Shown in pieces: positions 17,041 to 27,251 of a stretch of DNA of 64,000 bases (the first letter of the stretch is position 1; each line of letters begins with the position of its first letter). Source of the stretch: a virus. Taxonomy: Duplodnaviria > Caudoviricetes. Location of the stretch: positions 1-64,000 of the IMG/VR virus record IMGVR_UViG_3300042946_000581, one strand, 5' to 3'. The position numbers and the translations under genes are program-made. The notes under the pieces are model-generated. The model was not told the origin of the DNA. It saw nothing but the letters and a program-made list of their open reading frames with translations, and ran no database searches.

Positions 17041-17475
17041 ATGAACAGCAAAGATTTTTATAAAAAATTTGAAGAAATTTTAAATGAAATTTTCAGTCAA
17101 GACAATCAAAAATTTAATGCCCCTATGGATGGATTTTTCAAAGGGTTAAAATCTGAGGACATTTCAAAAGAAATAAAAAAATACAGAAATTCTGTTAGAA
17201 AATCTAGTGATGGATTATTTACAACTATTAGTTTCATATTTACTAATCCACCATTTAGTGATAAGAGTGAAATTAATGAATTGAAATCTAAATTAGAGGA
17301 ATGCGTATCAAATCAAGATTTTGAGGAAGCTGCAAAATTAAGAGATAAAATTAAAGAACTTGAGAATAACACATCTAAGGTTAAAGATTTAAAAAAAGAG
17401 TTGGACATTGCGATTAAAGAACAAAATTTTGAAAGAGCAATTGAAATCCGAGATGAATTAAAAAAAATAAACTAA
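17041..17475 (+). CDS. Tandem UVR (UvrB/C motif) protein, McsA-like C-terminus
   Basis: LEECVSNQDFEEAAKLRDKIKEL and LDIAIKEQNFERAIEIRDELKKI. Confidence 0.85.
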   Translation: MNSKDFYKKFEEILNEIFSQDNQKFNAPMDGFFKGLKSEDISKEIKKYRNSVRKSSDGLFTTISFIFTNPPFSDKSEINELKSKLEECVSNQDFEEAAKLRDKIKELENNTSKVKDLKKELDIAIKEQNFERAIEIRDELKKIN

Positions 17476-17517
17476 TCATAACCCCTCGTAATTGAGGGGT
17501 TTTTAAATTTAAAAATT

Positions 17518-17760
17518 ATGGCAATATTAAGAGAAGAAATCAGAGGTACAAAAATTATTAATGAAATTCAGTCGAGTAATATTAGAAAGACAGAATTTGA
17601 TACGGAATCAAAAGAGTTAATTGTGGAATTTAACAACGGACTAAGATATTTGTATGAAAATGTCCCACATCAGTTATATACTCAATTTAGGATGTCGGAA
17701 TCTCAGGGTAAGTTTTTCAATTCCAAAATAGCAAAATCATATCAATACAAAAGGTTGTGA
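17518..17760 (+). CDS. KTSC domain protein
   Basis: SSNIRKTEFD...LIVEFNNGLRYLYENVP...SQGKFFNSKI. Confidence 0.88.
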   Translation: MAILREEIRGTKIINEIQSSNIRKTEFDTESKELIVEFNNGLRYLYENVPHQLYTQFRMSESQGKFFNSKIAKSYQYKRL

Positions 17761-17792
17761 TAATTATAGTGATACACTAATATTTATCATTT

Positions 17793-18536
17793 ATGGAAAG
17801 TTTAAATAAAGTCATATCTAGTTTTAAATTGAATTCAACATTACAACCAAAAATTTGGATTGATGGGGGTTCGACAATGAATCCAAATGTTAGAAAAAAT
17901 TTACTAGAAATTGCCTATCAATTCATTGATTCCTTTGGGGTTGATGTGATTGTGTCAGATATAATTGTTGTTGGTTCAATCGCCAATTATAATTGGTCGG
18001 AATATTCTGATGTTGATTTACACATACTTGTTGAGTATAATCAATTTTCAAATAAATTAAAAGATATGTATGTTGAATATTTTGATTTAAAAAAAATAGT
18101 GTTTAATCAAAAAAGAGACATAAAAATGTTTGGTTATGATGTTGAGGTTTTTGTTGAAGATGCGGATATGAAAGGTGTTAGTGGTGGTGTTTATTCTATC
18201 TTAAATGATGAATGGATTACAAAACCAACCAAAGAAAAAATGAAAGTTAGTGATGAAGAAATTACGAATAATGCAAAAAAATGGATGCGAATTATTGATA
18301 ATTTAATTAAACATTTGGAGGGTGAAAGTATTGAGGAAATTAATAATAATATTAAGGTAATCAAAAATAAATTAAAAAAATATAGAGTAAGTGGTTTAAA
18401 TAAATCTGGTGAATTAGGATTAGAAAATTTAGTCTTTAAAGTTTTGAGACGTAATGGTTATATTGAGAAATTATATAATATCCCAACAAAAGTTATTGAC
18501 AAAAAACTTTCTTTAGCAGAAAAAGAAAAGAATTGA
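17793..18536 (+). CDS. Pol-beta superfamily nucleotidyltransferase
   Basis: GSIANYNWSEYSDVDLH, DVEVFVED; late motif at 17780. Confidence 0.8.
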   Translation: MESLNKVISSFKLNSTLQPKIWIDGGSTMNPNVRKNLLEIAYQFIDSFGVDVIVSDIIVVGSIANYNWSEYSDVDLHILVEYNQFSNKLKDMYVEYFDLKKIVFNQKRDIKMFGYDVEVFVEDADMKGVSGGVYSILNDEWITKPTKEKMKVSDEEITNNAKKWMRIIDNLIKHLEGESIEEINNNIKVIKNKLKKYRVSGLNKSGELGLENLVFKVLRRNGYIEKLYNIPTKVIDKKLSLAEKEKN

Positions 18537-18574
18537 TTATTTCAATATATTTATATTATAAAAACAAAAAAATT

Positions 18575-19780
18575 ATGGGAAAATTAAGACCTATTGGTAG
18601 TGAAAAATTAGAAGGAATGGATAAAATAAGAAGAATGATTGAGATATCTCAATATAATCTTATTACACCAAAACCTATTAATGAAGTATCATCTAATGAA
18701 TATAGAAAGACCTTGGCAGATGGGAATACATATCATATTGTTAAAGAAAAAACTGGATATGTAATTAAAAAAGGCCTTTATGAATCAACAGCAGAATATA
18801 TTGAACCAATCAAAAATAGAAGATTTTATCCTTCATATTCTCAAGCATTGAAACGTTTAAATTTTATTACAAAAGAAGTAAACTTAAATGAGGGTCAAAC
18901 AAAAAATATTTCATTATTTGTTGAAAGTGATGAAGATATGGAATATTATTTAGAGATGGATGAACAAGCTCCGGCGCCAGCACCAGCACCAGTACCTCCT
19001 ACCCCCGCACCAGAACTAGCACCTCCAACTGATATGCCTCCAGCACCTGAAGGTGATATGCCACCTATGCCAGAAGAACCAATGCCTGAACCTGAAGAGC
19101 CAATGGATATGGAAGATAATGATGAGGGTGATGAAGAAGAAGTTACCTTTAAAACAATTCAAAAAACAACTGGGAGATTGGCACAAAAAATTAGAGAATT
19201 CTTATCTAATGAAGAAAATGAAATGACATCAGAAAATACAAAATATGTTATTAATTCAGTTCTATCCGCATTAGATTTAGAATCATTGGATGATGATGAT
19301 TTGGATGAAATTATGTCTAAATTTGAGGGTGGTGAAGATGAAGAAATGCCTGATATGGGTGGTGAAGAAATGCCTGATATGGGTGGTGAAGAAGGGGCTA
19401 TGCCTCCACCTCCAATACCTGGTGAAAGTATGACACCTCCTCCACCTCCACCAAGTGGTGAAATGGCAGAATATCGCATACACGGAGCTAGAAAAAATAA
19501 ACATCAATCTATAGAAGATGTTTTTGAGGAAGTTTTTTCTGAATCTAAGGTAGATAAAGTTTTGAGTAAATATTTTGGTGTAAAACAACAATACAAACCA
19601 AATAATTTAATTTCAAAAATTCAAAAACTATCAGAATCATTTAGACAAGAAACTCAATCAATTAAATTTATTAATGAAAATAATGATTTTAAACTTTTGG
19701 GTAAAAACAAACAAGGGTATTTAGTTTTTGAAAATGAATATGAAAGAGTAAGAGTAAGTCCAAAGGGTAATGTAATATGA
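18575..19780 (+). CDS. Acidic, Pro-rich putative prohead core/internal protein
   Basis: Late motif at 18547; many (I/L)-x-E sites; P/E/D/M-rich linkers. Confidence 0.6.
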   Translation: MGKLRPIGSEKLEGMDKIRRMIEISQYNLITPKPINEVSSNEYRKTLADGNTYHIVKEKTGYVIKKGLYESTAEYIEPIKNRRFYPSYSQALKRLNFITKEVNLNEGQTKNISLFVESDEDMEYYLEMDEQAPAPAPAPVPPTPAPELAPPTDMPPAPEGDMPPMPEEPMPEPEEPMDMEDNDEGDEEEVTFKTIQKTTGRLAQKIREFLSNEENEMTSENTKYVINSVLSALDLESLDDDDLDEIMSKFEGGEDEEMPDMGGEEMPDMGGEEGAMPPPPIPGESMTPPPPPPSGEMAEYRIHGARKNKHQSIEDVFEEVFSESKVDKVLSKYFGVKQQYKPNNLISKIQKLSESFRQETQSIKFINENNDFKLLGKNKQGYLVFENEYERVRVSPKGNVI

Positions 19781-20184
19781 GTTTATTGATTTATGTAAAT
19801 AAGTTAGGTTCAAATTATAAAGGTGAGAATTTATACGAATTTATTTTTTCTAATAGTATTAAAGATATTTGGGGTGAATCTTGGGATAGTACACCTGCGA
19901 ATGGTTATCCATCTCCACCAAATATAGAATTTGTTACCAAAGTTGGAGTATTGAAAAATGTTTTAGATTTTGAAGTCTTACAAAATTCTGATATATTTTC
20001 AATAATAGATGGAATGGATGATGTTATTGCCTTGGCTTGGGAAAACGAATCGGAACAAGTTAATTTTGATATTCAAAAAAGATTAGTTTTTAGATTTGGT
20101 GATACCATTGAAAGCGTTAAAAATAAACTATACGAAAGAGATATCGTTTTAGAGTTTGAAAAAAAAGTTCAATATGAATCTTAA
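19777..20184 (+). CDS. Hypothetical protein
   Basis: ORF track, translationally coupled. Confidence 0.7.
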   Translation: MSLLIYVNKLGSNYKGENLYEFIFSNSIKDIWGESWDSTPANGYPSPPNIEFVTKVGVLKNVLDFEVLQNSDIFSIIDGMDDVIALAWENESEQVNFDIQKRLVFRFGDTIESVKNKLYERDIVLEFEKKVQYES

Positions 20185-21286
20185 TAAAAAAATTGGCATG
20201 TTGTTAGATAATGGGTTTAAACCTGAGTTTATTTCATCATTGACTGAAAGTAAAATTAATTTTCTTTTTGAGAAAATGTCAAAGAGAAAAGAGACGAAAG
20301 AACAAGCAGCATCTACTAATGTACAAAAAGTAACTATACCAGCAACAACAGCTTATAAAGTACCTGCTGGGGGTGAAGTAGATATCAATAAGGTAAAAAT
20401 TACCAATCAAGATGGTATTGCGACAGTTACACCTATGGAATCTGAAATAAAAGAGGATGACACATTAAATGTTGTTAATGATCCTGATGCAACTGCGGAT
20501 GGTATGGGGATGTTTGAAACTGATTTAACTGAAAAATTTGAATCTAAAGCTCAACAAGGATTATTTTGGGCACGTTGTAACAAATGTAAAAGTGATGATT
20601 GTAAGTGGTGTAAAATGGCAAAAGAATTTTCAAAGAGTACGTCAAAGAAACAATATGAAAAAATGCCAAAAAAAAAACATCCTGAAAAGACTGTAAAATA
20701 CAAAAAGAAAAAAACAAACGAGGAGTTTACAATGGCAAATTATTTTGATAAACTATCAAGTGTTTATGCTAATAATGTAATGGGTAAAACAATTGGTAAT
20801 TTAACAAAAGAAAATATTGAAAATATAATTGAAAAAAATTTAAAACCAACTATGAAAAAAAGAGATTTATTAAAACTAATTGAGTCTGAAATCAAACGTA
20901 AAAAAGGTTTGAATGAAGATTTTTATATGGAAGAAATGGATGAAGACTTTGATTTAGACTTTATGTCTGATGATGATATGGATATGGATATGGATAGACC
21001 AATGAAGTCAAGAGGTAAGATGGGTAGATTAAGGATGGGTGGCATTGATGCCCCAACAATTGAACCCGGTATTAGAGAACCAAAAATTAAACCAAAAGAA
21101 CCTGACACAACACCAGAATGGACACCTGATGAGGATGAACCAATTATACCTAGTCCTGATGTGAATCCAGAACCACAAGCAAAAAGAAAAAAAGATTTTT
21201 TAAATAGATTTAAACACGATTTTGATAGAAAAATGAGTCGTATGGACAAATCAACATACAAACCAATCAATTATAGAAAATTTTAA
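20174..21286 (+). CDS. Putative internal head protein with KFESKAQQ/CxxC-CxxC module
   Basis: EKFESKAQQGLFWARCNKCKSDDCKWCKMAKEFS; many L-x-E sites. Confidence 0.6.
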   Translation: MNLNKKIGMLLDNGFKPEFISSLTESKINFLFEKMSKRKETKEQAASTNVQKVTIPATTAYKVPAGGEVDINKVKITNQDGIATVTPMESEIKEDDTLNVVNDPDATADGMGMFETDLTEKFESKAQQGLFWARCNKCKSDDCKWCKMAKEFSKSTSKKQYEKMPKKKHPEKTVKYKKKKTNEEFTMANYFDKLSSVYANNVMGKTIGNLTKENIENIIEKNLKPTMKKRDLLKLIESEIKRKKGLNEDFYMEEMDEDFDLDFMSDDDMDMDMDRPMKSRGKMGRLRMGGIDAPTIEPGIREPKIKPKEPDTTPEWTPDEDEPIIPSPDVNPEPQAKRKKDFLNRFKHDFDRKMSRMDKSTYKPINYRKF

Positions 21287-22440
21287 TGAAAAGATTATTA
21301 TATGAAGCCCCCGTTGATGATTTCTTAAGCCAAGAGGCAAAAGAAAAGATTTTAGGTGCTCAGAATAGAAAATATCAAAGAGCTAAGGAAGAAACTGGTG
21401 ATACTTGGTTAGGTGAGTTATTAAACTATTTACCTAATATTGAATCTGAACATTATGATAAGTTGTTAAAATTGGCTAAAGCTTTGTTTTTTTCTAGATT
21501 TCCAAAAATAAAAGAAAGAATTGATAATGGGACACTTTCATTAAATGTGAACTTTTCTACTCGTGTTAATCCAAGAACCACAACCCAAGCTATTACACCA
21601 CAATATATAGAAAAGGCGAAAGAAGTTGACCCTTTATTTGATGAAAGAGTTAAAGCAAGAAATTTTATTAACGCGACAACACAAGGAAGTGCTTGGGCTG
21701 AAGGGTTTAATATGTACAAAGAAGTTGAATCTCAATTAAATCAATTAGACCCTCAATTAGTGGAAAAATATAAAAAATTTGAGAATGCTGCTACAGTATA
21801 CTACAATGATAATTTAGATAGTTTGGAACAAATGGCAATGAGAGCAACAAATAGAGTGGCGTATGCTGATGTTATTCCAGACCAAAGTAATCCTGGTAGT
21901 TGGATTATTAATGTTGAAGCCCCAAATTTTCCTTTATTGATGCACGAATTATATAAAGCTGGAAGGTATTTTAATTCACTTCTTTATTTACCAAAAGATA
22001 AAGATGTGAATAACACTTTAACAAAAGTAACTGATATCCACAAACACGAAATTAGAAATATGATAACTGGTAGAGAAATCAGTTCAAAGTTAAGATTCTT
22101 ATGGGGTGAATTAATTGATGATTATGAAACTTGGATGGATAGTGCAATACAAACTCAATTTAATAAGTTGGCAAACGATAATCCAAAATTATTTAATGAA
22201 ATTATGTACGATGGGGTTTTAAGTGGTAAACCTGCCGCTATGTCTAAATTTGAAAAATTTTCTCAAATGATTGTTGATACTATTAAAAAAAATCCACCTA
22301 AAATTGAAAGACCTAACTATGATGAATTAATTAAGTCAGAAAAAAGAATAACTCCTCCAAGTTATGATGATGACGAAGATGAGGATGATGATATTCCAAC
22401 AGATTATGAAGATGATTTAAGTTGGTTAGATGAAGATTAA
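21286..22440 (+). CDS. Hypothetical late protein
   Basis: ORF track; FPLLMHELYK motif; acidic tail. Confidence 0.65.
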   Translation: MKRLLYEAPVDDFLSQEAKEKILGAQNRKYQRAKEETGDTWLGELLNYLPNIESEHYDKLLKLAKALFFSRFPKIKERIDNGTLSLNVNFSTRVNPRTTTQAITPQYIEKAKEVDPLFDERVKARNFINATTQGSAWAEGFNMYKEVESQLNQLDPQLVEKYKKFENAATVYYNDNLDSLEQMAMRATNRVAYADVIPDQSNPGSWIINVEAPNFPLLMHELYKAGRYFNSLLYLPKDKDVNNTLTKVTDIHKHEIRNMITGREISSKLRFLWGELIDDYETWMDSAIQTQFNKLANDNPKLFNEIMYDGVLSGKPAAMSKFEKFSQMIVDTIKKNPPKIERPNYDELIKSEKRITPPSYDDDEDEDDDIPTDYEDDLSWLDED

Positions 22441-22497
22441 ATAAAAACCCCCATTTAGAAATAAGTGGGGGTTTTTATATTTATATAAAAAGATTAT

Positions 22498-24267
22498 ATG
22501 AGTTTAACAAAAGAACAAGTAATGATTGAATATGTTAAGTGTATGAAAGATACCCCATACGCGTTAAGAACATATTTGGAAACCTATGACAATACTGTAT
22601 CAAAATATGTTCCATTAGAGTTATTTCCAGACCAAGTATCATTATTAAATGACTATGAAGAGGTTAATGAAAACATTGCATTAAAATACAGACAAGCTGG
22701 GGTATCAACAGTAACTGCTGCTTGGGTATCTAAAAAAATTGCTTTTGCAAAAAAAACAAAACCTGAAAAGATTCTAATCATTGCCAACAAATTGGATACA
22801 TCACAAGAGATGGCAAATAAAATAAGAATGTTTATTGGTCAATGGCCAAGTTGGGTCGGAATTGATTTTTCTGTTGATAAAAATTCACAAAAACATTACA
22901 AGACAAACAATGGATGTGAAGTAAAAGCTGTGGCGACCTCAAAGGATGCTCTACGTGGTTTTACACCAACAATCCTAGTATTTGACGAGGCAGCATTTAT
23001 TGACGCGGATTCAGACTTTTGGGCTGCTTGTATGGCTTCACTATCAACTGGGGGTAAAGTTATTGTGGTATCAACACCAAATGGTTATGACCCAATTTAT
23101 TATGAAATATATAATCAAGCAAATAGGGGAATGAATGACTTCAAAATATCTGAGATGTTTTGGTTTAGAGACCCAAGATATACAAAAGATTTATATTTAG
23201 TTAAAACCAAAGACATTATTCATTATCTATTAAATAAAACTGAATATCAAAAAGAGGATATTGTCAGTTGGGAAAATATATCATTTGAGGATAGAAATTA
23301 TGATGAACTTAAATTAATAATGAATTCAGGGTACAAACCTTGTTCATCTTGGTTTGAGGGAATGGTAAAGAAACTTAAATACGATAAACGAAAAGTTTCA
23401 CAAGAATTAGAGTGTAATTTTCTTGGGTCAGGTGATAATGTATTTGATTCTCTTTTAATGCAGAGAGTTAAAGAAAATATGATTAAAGAACCCCAAAATA
23501 AAATGATGGGTAATTCTTTATGGATATGGAAAGAACCTATTATGGGACATAAATACGTTATGGGTGTGGATGTCAGTAGAGGGGATAGTGAAGACTTTAG
23601 TTCTTTCCAAATTATTGATTTTGATACAAGAGAACAAGTTGCAGAATATGTTGGGAAATTACCTCCAGATACAATGGCTGAAATATGTTATAAGTGGGGT
23701 AATATGTATAATTGTTTTATTGTAATAGATATAACTGGTGGTATGGGAGTTTCAACATCAAGGAAGTTACAAGAGTTGGGTTATAAAAATTTATATGTTG
23801 ATGGGGTTGATTTAGCTAACAAATGGAAGTATGACCCTAAGGCATTGGATAAAATCCCTGGATTAAATTTCAATAACAAACGTGTTCAGATAATTGCATC
23901 ATTTGAGGAAGCAATGAGACATGAATTTAAGATACATAGCTCAAGGTTATTTGATGAGATGAACACCTTTGTTTATGTCAATGGAAGACCTGACCACCAA
24001 AAAGGACAACACGATGACTTAATAATGTCAATTGCAATGGCGACTTATGTTGCAGAATCATCTTTTAGCAGTTTAGAAAAAGTCACTGAACAAACAAAGG
24101 CAATGTTGGAATCTTGGGCTGTATCCAACAATGAAAATATGGGAAAACAATTGGACTTTAATCCAGTAATGCCATTTAATCACGATAGATTACAACAAAG
24201 GAATCAAAATGTTTCAAAGGATGATTATATGAAATACTCTTGGTTATTTGGAAACCAAAGAAGATAA
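22498..24267 (+). CDS. terL: Terminase large subunit (T4 gp17-like)
   Basis: KYRQAGVST Walker A, LVFDEAAF Walker B, STPNG, MGVDVSRG and HDDLIM nuclease motifs. Confidence 0.95.
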   Translation: MSLTKEQVMIEYVKCMKDTPYALRTYLETYDNTVSKYVPLELFPDQVSLLNDYEEVNENIALKYRQAGVSTVTAAWVSKKIAFAKKTKPEKILIIANKLDTSQEMANKIRMFIGQWPSWVGIDFSVDKNSQKHYKTNNGCEVKAVATSKDALRGFTPTILVFDEAAFIDADSDFWAACMASLSTGGKVIVVSTPNGYDPIYYEIYNQANRGMNDFKISEMFWFRDPRYTKDLYLVKTKDIIHYLLNKTEYQKEDIVSWENISFEDRNYDELKLIMNSGYKPCSSWFEGMVKKLKYDKRKVSQELECNFLGSGDNVFDSLLMQRVKENMIKEPQNKMMGNSLWIWKEPIMGHKYVMGVDVSRGDSEDFSSFQIIDFDTREQVAEYVGKLPPDTMAEICYKWGNMYNCFIVIDITGGMGVSTSRKLQELGYKNLYVDGVDLANKWKYDPKALDKIPGLNFNNKRVQIIASFEEAMRHEFKIHSSRLFDEMNTFVYVNGRPDHQKGQHDDLIMSIAMATYVAESSFSSLEKVTEQTKAMLESWAVSNNENMGKQLDFNPVMPFNHDRLQQRNQNVSKDDYMKYSWLFGNQRR

Positions 24268-24288
24268 TATTTATAAAATAAAAACATT

Positions 24289-24429
24289 ATGGGACTAGTT
24301 GACAGAAAAAAATCAGGTAAAATTATAGATTCAAAAGTATTAGTACCTAATCAAGGTATTATAACCTCTAAGATACAAATACCAGACAAATTAGAAATCA
24401 AAACTACCAAAATTAAAGGGAATAATTAA
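24289..24429 (+). CDS. 46-aa basic late protein (not in ORF track)
   Basis: MGLVDRKKSGKIIDSKVLVPNQGIITSKIQIPDKLEIKTTKIKGNN; own ATATTTAT at 24267. Confidence 0.55.
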   Translation: MGLVDRKKSGKIIDSKVLVPNQGIITSKIQIPDKLEIKTTKIKGNN

Positions 24430-24466
24430 CTCTTTAATTATCTCGCTAATCAATTAAATTAGATTT

Positions 24467-26257
24467 ATGGAACAAAATGATATGAATTTAACAGTATGGC
24501 AAAGGTTGTCTAAGGCCTTTGGGCCTAACGCATTATTAAATCAAGATTATCCGACATATAAGTTTGATAAGAAAGAATTATTACGTACAACATCAAAACA
24601 AGAGTACGAAAAAGAATTATTACAAGCTCAACAAACTTATTACCTAGGTAATCAGTGGACAAAGATTGAAAGTAATCTTTATACTCAAGCAATATATTAT
24701 GAACCAACTAGATTGGCTTCTTTCTATGATTATGAATCTATGGAGTTTACCCCAGAAATATCAACAGCTTTAGACATATATGGGGAAGAATCCACTACTG
24801 TAAATCAAGATGGGTTTATGTTACAAATCTATTCAGAATCAAAAAGGATAAAAGGTATTTTGGCTGATTTATTTAATAACTCATTGGATATAAATACTAA
24901 TTTACCAATGTGGACTAGAAATACTTGTAAGTATGGCGATAATTTTGTTTATCTTAAACTTGACCCTGATAAAGGGATTGTTGGTTGTATGCAATTGCCA
25001 AACATTGAAATTGAACGTTTTGAACGAGGTATACCCGCTCAAGCGACAAGACAAAATGTTGAAGAACCCTCAGAAAACAAAGGACTAAGATTTAAATGGA
25101 AAGTCAAAGATATGGAATTTAATTCTTGGGAGATTGCTCACTTTAGATTATTAGGAGATGATAGAAAGTTACCTTATGGTACATCAATGTTGGAGAAGGC
25201 AAGACGTATTTGGAAACAATTATTATTGGCTGAAGATGCAATGTTAATATATAGAACATCAAGAGCCCCTGAAAGAAGAGTATTTAAAGTATTTGTGGGT
25301 AATATGGACGATAAAGATGTTGAACCATATGTACAACGTGTTGCTAACAAATTTAAACGTAGTCAAGTAGTTGATTCTCAATCAGGTAATGTTGATATGA
25401 GGTTCAATCAAATGGCGGTAGACCAAGATTATTTTATTCCAGTTCGTGACCCTGCTCAAGCAAGTCCAATTGAAACATTGCCTGGTGGTACCAACTTAGG
25501 TGAAATTGCTGATATTGAATATATCCAAAAGAAACTATTAACGGCATTACGTGTGCCTAAAGCATTTTTAGGTTTTGAAGAACCAGTTGGTGATGGTAAG
25601 AATTTATCTTTAATTGATATTCGTTTTTCACGAACAATTAATAAGATTCAGAAGTCAATGATTGCCGAATTAAATAAAATTGCCATTATACATTTATTTT
25701 TGTTGGGATTTGAAGATGAGTTGAATAATTTTACATTAGGGTTAACAAATCCATCAAAACAAGCTGATTTATTGGGTATTGAGGTTTGGAAAGAAAAAAT
25801 TGCGGTATATAAAGAATCTGTTACGGCATTACAAGATGGTACCGCTCCAACATCACATACTTGGGCAAAGAAACATGTATTAGGTTTCTCTGAAGAGGAA
25901 ATTAAAAATGACTTATTACAACAACGTATTGAAAGAGCTGTTGGGGCCGAATTAAATAATACTGCAACGATTATTACTAAAACTGGTATATTTGATAATA
26001 TTGATAAATTATATACTCAAAAAAGTGGTAGTACAACATCAGCTGGCGGAGCTCCCCCTCCACCTGATGGAGGAGCACCACCACCACCTGATGGAGGAGC
26101 ACCAATGGGATTACCTGAAAATGAAAAGAAAGATAATTTGAAAATATTATTGGAATCTGATGGGTTATTAGATGATGAAACTTTCATTGATTTATCAAAA
26201 GGAAAAAATTTCTTAGGTGAAATGGAGGTTCATTTAAATAAACTTTTAAATGGGTAA
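24467..26257 (+). CDS. Portal protein (T4 gp20-like)
   Basis: YESMEFTPEI, EDAMLIYRTSRAPERRVF.V.VGN, DYFIPVR, IETLPGG, ALRVPKAFL. Confidence 0.95.
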   Translation: MEQNDMNLTVWQRLSKAFGPNALLNQDYPTYKFDKKELLRTTSKQEYEKELLQAQQTYYLGNQWTKIESNLYTQAIYYEPTRLASFYDYESMEFTPEISTALDIYGEESTTVNQDGFMLQIYSESKRIKGILADLFNNSLDINTNLPMWTRNTCKYGDNFVYLKLDPDKGIVGCMQLPNIEIERFERGIPAQATRQNVEEPSENKGLRFKWKVKDMEFNSWEIAHFRLLGDDRKLPYGTSMLEKARRIWKQLLLAEDAMLIYRTSRAPERRVFKVFVGNMDDKDVEPYVQRVANKFKRSQVVDSQSGNVDMRFNQMAVDQDYFIPVRDPAQASPIETLPGGTNLGEIADIEYIQKKLLTALRVPKAFLGFEEPVGDGKNLSLIDIRFSRTINKIQKSMIAELNKIAIIHLFLLGFEDELNNFTLGLTNPSKQADLLGIEVWKEKIAVYKESVTALQDGTAPTSHTWAKKHVLGFSEEEIKNDLLQQRIERAVGAELNNTATIITKTGIFDNIDKLYTQKSGSTTSAGGAPPPPDGGAPPPPDGGAPMGLPENEKKDNLKILLESDGLLDDETFIDLSKGKNFLGEMEVHLNKLLNG

Positions 26258-26272
26258 TATTTATAATAAAAA

Positions 26273-26992
26273 ATGAATATGAAATTTGGAATTATTAAAT
26301 CAAAAATAGATTACGTATTATCAGAATCATTCAAGAATGATGAACATTTTAAAGTGGAAATGAAATTCTTTAAAAAGAATATTTTGGAGAACAAAAACCT
26401 TAGTAAACTTTTTTATTTATATGATGAATTAACTACAAAAAGAAATATGGATAAAAACATTGTTGATGATTACATCAATCAATCAATTACTATATATGAA
26501 AATACTATCAATAAATTAAAACCAATTGACTATAAAAAGTTGGACTATTGGTTAAATGGTATTGAGACTGAAAACCAATATGAAAATATTGATAAATTGT
26601 TTTCAACCAATATCCTAACACTAGAAAATAAAGTTATCAATAAAAAAATAATTGCGGAATCATTAATTAAAAAAGAAGAAACTAAGGAGGTAATTAATTT
26701 ACCAATTAGTTCAATGATTAAATTAGCTAATAAATCTATTTTGTCTTATATTGAAAATTTAAATGAAAGTGATAAGAGTGAACTAGTAAGATTCTTGTCT
26801 CAAGATGAAAAGATTATGAAAGAGAGTTATGAATCAACAAAACTTGAAGTATTAACAAAATTAAATAACCATAAATTAGAATCGGATTCTGATACATCAA
26901 TAAGAATTGATGAAACCATATCAAAACTAAAAGAGGAGAAGTTTGATAAATTGACTTATTTCAAATTAAAAAATCTGAACGAAAGCCTTTAA
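26273..26992 (+). CDS. Hypothetical head-module protein
   Basis: Late motif at 26257; position between portal and protease. Confidence 0.65.
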   Translation: MNMKFGIIKSKIDYVLSESFKNDEHFKVEMKFFKKNILENKNLSKLFYLYDELTTKRNMDKNIVDDYINQSITIYENTINKLKPIDYKKLDYWLNGIETENQYENIDKLFSTNILTLENKVINKKIIAESLIKKEETKEVINLPISSMIKLANKSILSYIENLNESDKSELVRFLSQDEKIMKESYESTKLEVLTKLNNHKLESDSDTSIRIDETISKLKEEKFDKLTYFKLKNLNESL

Positions 26993-27177
26993 TCTTCTTT
27001 TTTTGTTTTTTGGGAATAAACCGCTTTTTTAACTTCGTCTCTACGTTTGATAGACTTTTTGGTATATTCTTTTCTCTGTTTCAATTCAGTCATTAATTTA
27101 GTTTTAATCACTTTACTCTTAAAGAGTTTAAGTGCTTTTTCAATTGGGGTTTTGTTGTCTATTTTTATAATTAACAT
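26989..27177 (-). CDS. rpsU: Ribosomal protein bS21 (Bacteroidota-like)
   Basis: MLIIKIDNKTPIEKALKLFKSKVIKTKLMTELKQRKEYTKKSIKRRDEVKKAVY matches the S21 pattern. Confidence 0.88.
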   Translation of the reverse strand: MLIIKIDNKTPIEKALKLFKSKVIKTKLMTELKQRKEYTKKSIKRRDEVKKAVYSQKTKKED

Positions 27178-27251
27178 AATTTGGTTTTTTTGACATTTAT
27201 TCAAATTTTACTTATTTTTTATTCAAAAATAAACAAAAAAATATTTTATGA

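Noticed and set aside
21286-22440. Zincin metalloprotease from the MHELYK motif
   Set aside because: The second His of HExxH is Lys and no other support is visible
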